Shown piece after piece: positions 58,263 to 64,000 of a stretch of 64,000 nucleotides of DNA. Origin of the DNA: Pseudomonadota bacterium (lineage in GTDB: Bacteria; Pseudomonadota; Alphaproteobacteria; Paracaedibacterales; CAIOTO01); NCBI GenBank assembly GCA_040387495.1, contig JAZKDQ010000018.1:1-64000 (forward strand). The letters run 5' to 3'. Position 1 is the stretch's first letter; every line of letters begins with the position of its first letter. The position numbers were made by a program, and so were the translations under genes. Under the pieces are notes generated by a model, which saw only the letters and a program-made list of their open reading frames with translations, made no database searches and was not told the DNA's origin.

Positions 58263-58847
58263 ATGCGATTTTTGTATACTATATGTATGCTGGTTGTGCA
58301 TGGAGCTTTGATAGTTCCGTTGGTTTTTGCAATGTCTACTGGAGGATTTGATCCCTCTATAAATAGAATTGATTCATGTAGAAGTTTTATAACAGATCTA
58401 CGTCGACAGCAAATACGAGTTCTACAAGCAGCGCTCGATCCGAATCTTGTGCATAAAAAAGTAGACGGATACCCAGAGAGATCTGTTATTACAACAGTTC
58501 CTCCATCTACGCAGTCACAAAGTCATAGAAGCTCCTTGGGTAGGCCTACTTCCTCTGTTCATGCATTAGCAACATCGACTGAAGGTTCTGTAGAACTGAA
58601 TCAACGGCAGCGAGCGCTACGAGATGAGCTTTCGCGTCAGCGCCCAGCAGATTCTTTTGATAATTTCAGAGTTTATGAGCTAATTCGGGAACGGGAACTG
58701 GAACTGGAAATGGGCCTGATTTTATTGTTTGGCCCTTACCATCATCATCAAGCCACATCTATAGCTGATATTCTGAAATTACCCTTATCAGATGATGATA
58801 AGAAAAAACAATTGAGGCTAAATGGTCATATATTCCTTCAGAGATAA
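58263..58847 (+). CDS. Secreted hypothetical protein
   Basis: Signal ending LVFA; AAGGA RBS; S/T-rich middle. Confidence 0.6.
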   Translation: MRFLYTICMLVVHGALIVPLVFAMSTGGFDPSINRIDSCRSFITDLRRQQIRVLQAALDPNLVHKKVDGYPERSVITTVPPSTQSQSHRSSLGRPTSSVHALATSTEGSVELNQRQRALRDELSRQRPADSFDNFRVYELIRERELELEMGLILLFGPYHHHQATSIADILKLPLSDDDKKKQLRLNGHIFLQR

Positions 58848-58897
58848 ATATCACGTATGCTATCAATTAATTTAACTAATTTTGAATTTTGAAGCGT

Positions 58898-59671
58898 ATG
58901 AAAATAGCCACCTGGAACGTTAACTCAATTAAAGCCCGCCTGCCGCGCGTATGCGAATGGTTGCAATCAGCGCAGCCTGATGTTGTGTTGTTGCAAGAAC
59001 TTAAATGTCAAACAGAGGCCTTTCCATATGAGGCGATCGAGGATGCAGGCTACCAGGCTGCTGTCTTTGGGCAAAAAACCTATAATGGTGTCGCAATTCT
59101 AGCGCGCGGTGGGATTGAGGATGTCAGCTGTGGCAATCCCTATTTCGAAGACCATCAGGCTCGGGTGATTGAAGCTGTGGTCGATGGCCAATACCGCGTG
59201 ATCAGTGTGTATGTTCCAAATGGTGAAGCAGTCGGCACAGAAAAATATGCATACAAACTGGCGTTCTTTGAAGGGTTTGCAAAACTGCTCGAGGATCGTT
59301 TACGTTTTGGTGAAAAGCTGATCGTGGGCGGTGATTTCAATGTCGCGCCAGGAGATTTAGATGTTTATAACCCCGACACATGGCGCGATAAAATTTTATG
59401 TTCAATGCCAGAACGTTTGGCGTTAAGGTCGCTGATTAATTTGGGGTTGACGGATGTTGTTCGGGCGCAAAACCCTCATACAGAAAACTTATATACCTGG
59501 TGGGATTATCGTAGTGGCGCAGCAGCCCGTAACCATGGCCTGCGTATTGATCATTTGTTGTTATCAGCAAAGGCAATGGATGCTGTGTCCGACGTTGGGA
59601 TTGATACAGAAACACGATGGCTTGAGCGACCATCGGACCATGCCCCTGTGTGGGTGAGTTTTGAGGGGTAG
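58898..59671 (+). CDS. xthA: Exodeoxyribonuclease III
   Basis: TWNVNS, LQELK, YNGVA, GDFN, WWDYR, RIDH, SDHAP. Confidence 0.96.
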   Translation: MKIATWNVNSIKARLPRVCEWLQSAQPDVVLLQELKCQTEAFPYEAIEDAGYQAAVFGQKTYNGVAILARGGIEDVSCGNPYFEDHQARVIEAVVDGQYRVISVYVPNGEAVGTEKYAYKLAFFEGFAKLLEDRLRFGEKLIVGGDFNVAPGDLDVYNPDTWRDKILCSMPERLALRSLINLGLTDVVRAQNPHTENLYTWWDYRSGAAARNHGLRIDHLLLSAKAMDAVSDVGIDTETRWLERPSDHAPVWVSFEG

Positions 59672-59803
59672 CTTCTATATTATTTATAATTTTTCATTTG
59701 CCTCTTGAACTTCATAGATCCTCAGATCAACTCCGAGAATGACAAAAGTGAATCAGAGAATGATAATTTTAGTCTGCAATGGTACGTTTCGGCTGAAGAT
59801 AAT

Positions 59804-59827
59804 AAAAAACCCCGCATAAGCGGGGTT
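59804..59827 (-). terminator. Intrinsic terminator downstream of rpmA
   Basis: AACCCCGC-TTAT-GCGGGGTTTTTT on the minus strand. Confidence 0.8.
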
Positions 59828-59869
59828 AGTGGAAATCTATGTAGAAAGCCATCTTGCGATGGATATACC

Positions 59870-60121
59870 TTACACAGCTACCGAAACGAATGTCCGATCA
59901 AGACGTCCTTTTGAAAACAAAACGCTGCCTTCAGTGAGTGCGAACAATGTGTGGTCTTTGCCCATACCAACGTTCTCACCTGGATAGTATTTCGTTCCAC
60001 GTTGACGAATAATAATATTGCCTGGAATTACGTGTTCACCGCCGAAGCACTTCACACCGAGACGTTTACTTTCAGAATCCCGTCCATTTCGCGTACTGCC
60101 GCCGCCCTTTTTTGTTGCCAT
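59870..60121 (-). CDS. rpmA: 50S ribosomal protein L27
   Basis: [33 protein letters not shown]. Confidence 0.98.
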   Translation of the reverse strand: MATKKGGGSTRNGRDSESKRLGVKCFGGEHVIPGNIIIRQRGTKYYPGENVGMGKDHTLFALTEGSVLFSKGRLDRTFVSVAV

Positions 60122-60152
60122 TATCTATCTCCTAATAAACGACTTTGTACTG

Positions 60153-60467
60153 CTACGCAGTAACGATTTTGCTAACTCTCAAAATTGTCATCGGTTGACG
60201 ATGACCCTTCTTGCGACGGTAATTGTGACGACGCTTTTTCTTAAATACGATAATCTTTGGCGCACGCGCTTGTGCCACGACAGTCGCCTCAACTAACGCA
60301 CCAGCAACCGTAGGTTCACCGATAGTAGCCTTTTTGCCATCAAACACCATCAACACTGTGTCGAGCTGTATTGTTGACCCGCTTTCGCCTTCAAGCTTTT
60401 CAACTTTGATAACTGTATTCATTTCGACGCGGTATTGCTTGCCGCCGGTCTTCACAATCGCAAACAT
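60153..60467 (-). CDS. rplU: 50S ribosomal protein L21
   Basis: [23 protein letters not shown]. Confidence 0.98.
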   Translation of the reverse strand: MFAIVKTGGKQYRVEMNTVIKVEKLEGESGSTIQLDTVLMVFDGKKATIGEPTVAGALVEATVVAQARAPKIIVFKKKRRHNYRRKKGHRQPMTILRVSKIVTA

Positions 60468-60607
60468 GATCTGATTCTTCCAAAAGTTTTATAGTATAAT
60501 ATCTTCGCACGTTTGCAAAAATACAAACGCCTACACTTTTTTCTATCGCAATTCACTAATCTATGTCAAGATTTTTATGTGCCATTGTGTAAAAAAGGAC
60601 GAAATAA

Positions 60608-60871
60608 GTGCTCCCAGGGGAAGTTGGCGATTTACTTCGTGAGACTGTCTTTTTAATTTTAAAGCTGAGCTCTCCGCTTTTATTGACAGGTCTTGTGGTT
60701 GGTGTGGCAATATCGTTGGTTCAAGCGTTGATCCAAGTGCAAGAGCAAACCTTAACGTTTGTGCCAAAATTATTTGCAATTTTTGCGTGTTTGATTTTGT
60801 GCATGGGTTTTATGGCGAATACATTAATACGATTTACAGAACATCTTTTTATGATGATAACGAAACTATGA
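60608..60871 (+). CDS. fliQ: Flagellar export protein FliQ
   Basis: GLVVGVAISLVQAL.QVQEQTLTFVPK. Confidence 0.92.
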   Translation: MLPGEVGDLLRETVFLILKLSSPLLLTGLVVGVAISLVQALIQVQEQTLTFVPKLFAIFACLILCMGFMANTLIRFTEHLFMMITKL

Positions 60872-60877
60872 TAAGTG

Positions 60878-61642
60878 ATGCCTAAGAATCTTTTTTTAGC
60901 CGAGTTTGTTCCCTTCTTTCTTGTGTTCTGTCGCGTGATTGGCTTAATGCTGAGCATGCCATTTTTGGGACAAATTGAAGTTTCTGCGCGTTTCAGAGTA
61001 TTGGCTGGTCTGGCTTTTTCATTTTTGTTGGTGTCTGCACTGCCGGTCGATGGGCTAGACCCCATGATGTCCTATTTAAGTTTGGGTGTTTTATGCGCAC
61101 GTGAGCTTTTCATTGGCTATTTTGTTGGGCTTGTTGGACGTATGCTTATGATGATTCTCGATTGTGCTGGTATGATGATGAGCGCGCAGATGGGGCTATC
61201 AAGTGCGACAATCTTTAACCCCAGCTTGTCTGGCCAAGGTGCACTTACATCAGCAATTATGTTGCTTTTCGGTACGGCTGTGTTTTTGTCGCTTGATTTG
61301 CATCATTTGATGTTTCGCGGATTTGTTAAAAGCTATTATTTATTCCCAATTGAGGGGAAATTAATGATGGGCGATCTCTCAAAAGGATACACTCGCCTTT
61401 TTTCTTTAATCTTTTCTATGGGGTTGCAGTTAGCGACGCCATTTATTATTGTATTTATCGTATTGCAAGTTGGATTTGGTTTGATGAACCGTCTGATTCC
61501 GCAAATGCAGATTTTCTTTGTATCATTGCCCCTTCAAATATGGGGTGGGCTCATGGTTTTCTTGATCACAGGCAGTGCTGTTATTATGCGCTTTGGTCAT
61601 ATCTTTGATCGCGAATATCGCGCTTTTTTTAGCTTAGGTTAG
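60878..61642 (+). CDS. fliR: Flagellar export protein FliR
   Basis: ELFIG, QMGLS, DLHH, GLMNRLIPQMQIFFV. Confidence 0.92.
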   Translation: MPKNLFLAEFVPFFLVFCRVIGLMLSMPFLGQIEVSARFRVLAGLAFSFLLVSALPVDGLDPMMSYLSLGVLCARELFIGYFVGLVGRMLMMILDCAGMMMSAQMGLSSATIFNPSLSGQGALTSAIMLLFGTAVFLSLDLHHLMFRGFVKSYYLFPIEGKLMMGDLSKGYTRLFSLIFSMGLQLATPFIIVFIVLQVGFGLMNRLIPQMQIFFVSLPLQIWGGLMVFLITGSAVIMRFGHIFDREYRAFFSLG

Positions 61643-61647
61643 ATAAG

Positions 61648-62724
61648 ATGGCTGATGGTAACGATAATGATGAAGACCAAAAAACGGAAGCCCCTACCGA
61701 ACGAAAGCTTGAGCAGGCACGTGAAAAAGGTCAAGTGCCTATCTCAAAAGAAATTATTAATTGGTTCTTTATTTTAACAAGTTGCGTGGTTATGTTAGGG
61801 ATTTTGCCATATATGGCACGAAGTCTAATGGGTGTTATGCAGCCTTTTTTGTCTGCTCCAGACCAAATGATTCTTGATCATGATTCCTTAAAAAAGCTGG
61901 GGAAACACTTATTTACAAACATAGCGCCGATTGTTGCCTTTCCTTTGGTAATAATGTTTGTTGTGTTGATTATCGTTGGATTCATGCAGGTAGGAACGAG
62001 CTTGTCGTTGAGTTCCTTAAAACCAAAAATGAGTCGACTTTCACTTAAACAAGGCGTTAAAAAGATATTTTCAAAGAATGCTGTCGTGGAATTTCTTAAA
62101 ACGGTTTTTAAAACCGTTATTTTATTTGCAGCAACATTTTGGTTGTTCAGCGGACACTCTCCTGAGATTAAAAATTGGACGGGATTAACATTTCGTCAAA
62201 TGTTTAATATGTTTGAAAAGTTACTTTTCAAACTATTCATGATGATTTTGGTGATTTTGTTCTTTTTAGGCCTATTAGATTATTTGTACCAACGCTATCA
62301 ACATACAAAAGGCCTTCGCATGACAAAGCAAGAAGTGAAGGAAGAACACAAAGATATTGAAGGTGATCCTGCAATCAAGCAGCGTATTCGTCGTCTGAGA
62401 ATGGAACGCTCACGCAATCGTATGATGAAAGATGTGCCAACAGCGACTGTTGTCATCACGAACCCTACACACTACTCAGTCGCGCTTGCGTGGGATCCTG
62501 ACACGATGGACGCACCTAAGGTCGTTGCTAAAGGGCAAGATTTTGTTGCACTTAAAATCCGAGAGGTTGCAAAAGAGCATAATGTGCCTATTATTGAGAA
62601 TCCACCTGTTGCACGTGCTTTGTTTAATGAGGTGGAGATTAGTCAAGACATTCCATCCGAATATTATAAAGCAATTGCAGATATTATCCGTCTTGTTATG
62701 AAATTAAAGAGTAATAGGTTTTAA
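61648..62724 (+). CDS. flhB: Flagellar export protein FlhB
   Basis: KTEAPT, MTKQEVKEE.K..EGDP, NPTH cleavage motif, ENPPVAR. Confidence 0.95.
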   Translation: MADGNDNDEDQKTEAPTERKLEQAREKGQVPISKEIINWFFILTSCVVMLGILPYMARSLMGVMQPFLSAPDQMILDHDSLKKLGKHLFTNIAPIVAFPLVIMFVVLIIVGFMQVGTSLSLSSLKPKMSRLSLKQGVKKIFSKNAVVEFLKTVFKTVILFAATFWLFSGHSPEIKNWTGLTFRQMFNMFEKLLFKLFMMILVILFFLGLLDYLYQRYQHTKGLRMTKQEVKEEHKDIEGDPAIKQRIRRLRMERSRNRMMKDVPTATVVITNPTHYSVALAWDPDTMDAPKVVAKGQDFVALKIREVAKEHNVPIIENPPVARALFNEVEISQDIPSEYYKAIADIIRLVMKLKSNRF

Positions 62725-62825
62725 CCAAAGATGTTTAATTTCTTGACTCGTTTCCCTGAATTGAGTACGTTTAATTATTATCTATACTGTTTTTTGAGCA
62801 TAACCAACGCTCAAACAGTTTTATT

Positions 62826-62902
62826 GGGCCTTTAGTTCAGTTGGTTAGAACCCTCCGCTCATAACGGAGATGTCGCAGGTTCGAGTCCTGCAGGGCCCAC
62901 CA
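62826..62902 (+). tRNA. tRNA with CAT anticodon, most likely tRNA-Ile2 (lysidine)
   Basis: GGGCC../..GGCCC acceptor stem, CTCATAA loop, GGTTCGAGTCC, ACCA; lacks initiator features. Confidence 0.9.
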
Positions 62903-62925
62903 TTTTTCTTCTCCAATGATTAAAT

Positions 62926-63396
62926 TCAGATGTTTATGTCAGTTTGCAGTGCCTTGTTCTGATTTATAGGGGCACTGAGGTTATCATTTGCTTCATGTTC
63001 TAGTACATTGCTTGGATTGATAATAACATGATTTTGAATGTCTGTTTTTTTTAGAAGTTGTTCCATATGACGAAGATTATCACATAATTTTTTAAGTAAG
63101 GCAGAGTCTGGCTCAATCATATGGACATTGAGTGTGCGTAAGAGTGATAGAAAATAGTCATCCCAGGCTGCAGATACGCTTTGTGTAAGTTCGCTTTGTA
63201 GAAAAGAAGATAGTCCATGTATGACTGAAATGGCACGTTGATTTTGATATGCAAATTCTTGATATTGATGATCAATTCGCAAGCGGTCACCTTCTTCAAT
63301 GAAATGAAGAATACGACCAAAAAGAAATGAAATTTGCTTTGATGTGCTGTCCATAAGTGGATTGTGGCGATAAGCAGTGGGCGTTTTATTGTACAT
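62926..63396 (-). CDS. fliS: Divergent FliS-like flagellin chaperone
   Basis: N-terminal AY; I..LF..IL.FI, RA..VI.GL...L and Y.....L helical pattern; lies after a fliD-like gene. Confidence 0.55.
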   Translation of the reverse strand: MYNKTPTAYRHNPLMDSTSKQISFLFGRILHFIEEGDRLRIDHQYQEFAYQNQRAISVIHGLSSFLQSELTQSVSAAWDDYFLSLLRTLNVHMIEPDSALLKKLCDNLRHMEQLLKKTDIQNHVIINPSNVLEHEANDNLSAPINQNKALQTDINI

Positions 63397-63434
63397 AAAT
63401 AAACTTTCTTGTTTTTACTATGATACGGGTTTTA

Positions 63435-64000
63435 TTAGCCATAATGTGAGGCAAGTTCGGCAGCTAACATCTGTGAAATTGCTTCTGTTCGGTGCGCTTG
63501 TGCGTAGAGCTTCTGTTGACCATGATTAGATTGTTTTCGAATATTCTCAGCGTCTTCAACAATGTCCTTGATGCGATTTTCATTACCCTTGTTTTCTTCT
63601 AACAAGATTTGAACTGCAACATCAAATGCACTTGTGGGTACTTCCTTATTTGAGGGATTGTATCTCGTTGTGGCGGCTGATACTGCTTTATCAAAACCCA
63701 CAGAAATTCCTTCTGTTAGTGTTAATATTGTTGTATTTGTTTTATTGAAGCCGAGTGGTAGATAGTTACCTGTAACGTCATAACCTAATTTAAGTCCTTC
63801 GTAGATTGAACCTTTTGGCGCCTTAATAAAGTCATCGCGCACATTAGAAATAAGCACATCTTCTTTGCCGTCCATGGAAAGTATTGCCGTAAATTGAGGA
63901 AGTGTCAGTGTTGTTGTAATTGAAGAACCAACTATTAGTGCTGATGCATCATCCTTAAAATTGATAATAAGTCCCGCATAGATTGAATCATCTGGAAAAG
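63435..64000 (-). CDS. fliD: 3' part of a FliD-like flagellar cap protein (continues beyond the window)
   Basis: Frame is open to the window end; LTLTEGIS followed by a C-terminal coiled coil; precedes the fliS-like gene. Confidence 0.5.
   Translation of the reverse strand, partial: FPDDSIYAGLIINFKDDASALIVGSSITTTLTLPQFTAILSMDGKEDVLISNVRDDFIKAPKGSIYEGLKLGYDVTGNYLPLGFNKTNTTILTLTEGISVGFDKAVSAATTRYNPSNKEVPTSAFDVAVQILLEENKGNENRIKDIVEDAENIRKQSNHGQQKLYAQAHRTEAISQMLAAELASHYG

Noticed and set aside
60608..62724. Injectisome (SctS/T/U) interpretation
   Set aside because: The sequences and nearby fliS/fliD-like genes fit flagellar export; no injectisome-specific genes seen
62826..62902. Initiator tRNA-fMet
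   Set aside because: It has a paired G1-C72 and lacks three consecutive G-C pairs in the anticodon stem
1..64000. CRISPR array, rRNA, prophage or defence system
   Set aside because: No repeat-spacer periodicity, rRNA-like sequence, or recognisable cas, phage or defence proteins seen

Overview
A 64-kb stretch of a low-GC alphaproteobacterial chromosome. Gene content (lone purC before bolA-grxD, phasin, fliQ-fliR-flhB plus fliS/fliD-like genes, many orphan signal-peptide proteins, palindromic intergenic repeats) suggests a host-associated, Holosporales-like bacterium; this assignment is inference. Housekeeping genes (topA, folC, accD, rpsA, lepB, prs, rplS, trmD, pheT, dnaQ, ftsK, kdsB, xthA, rpmA, rplU, two tRNAs) are interspersed with lineage-specific exported proteins and two accessory blocks: a decaying stress/protein-repair cluster (~22.2-29.8 kb) and an island at the 3' end of tRNA-Ser (~29.9-36.6 kb). 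The best candidate for an undescribed system is in that island. A full autotransporter is divergently paired with barrel-less passenger-like proteins that share a C-terminal motif (FQAxGxxTIxxAIxFG-stop). Their ends and mature starts fall in complementary repeat register, suggesting head-to-tail beta-helix polymer subunits anchored by the autotransporter. Other highlights are a CtrA-like promoter motif upstream of the orphan exported genes, a 45-aa repeat protein pair, a Cache-like secreted pair, a degenerate PurC and a loop-deleted Prs. All calls are by-eye motif recognition with no database searches, and a 100-N gap lies inside the key locus.
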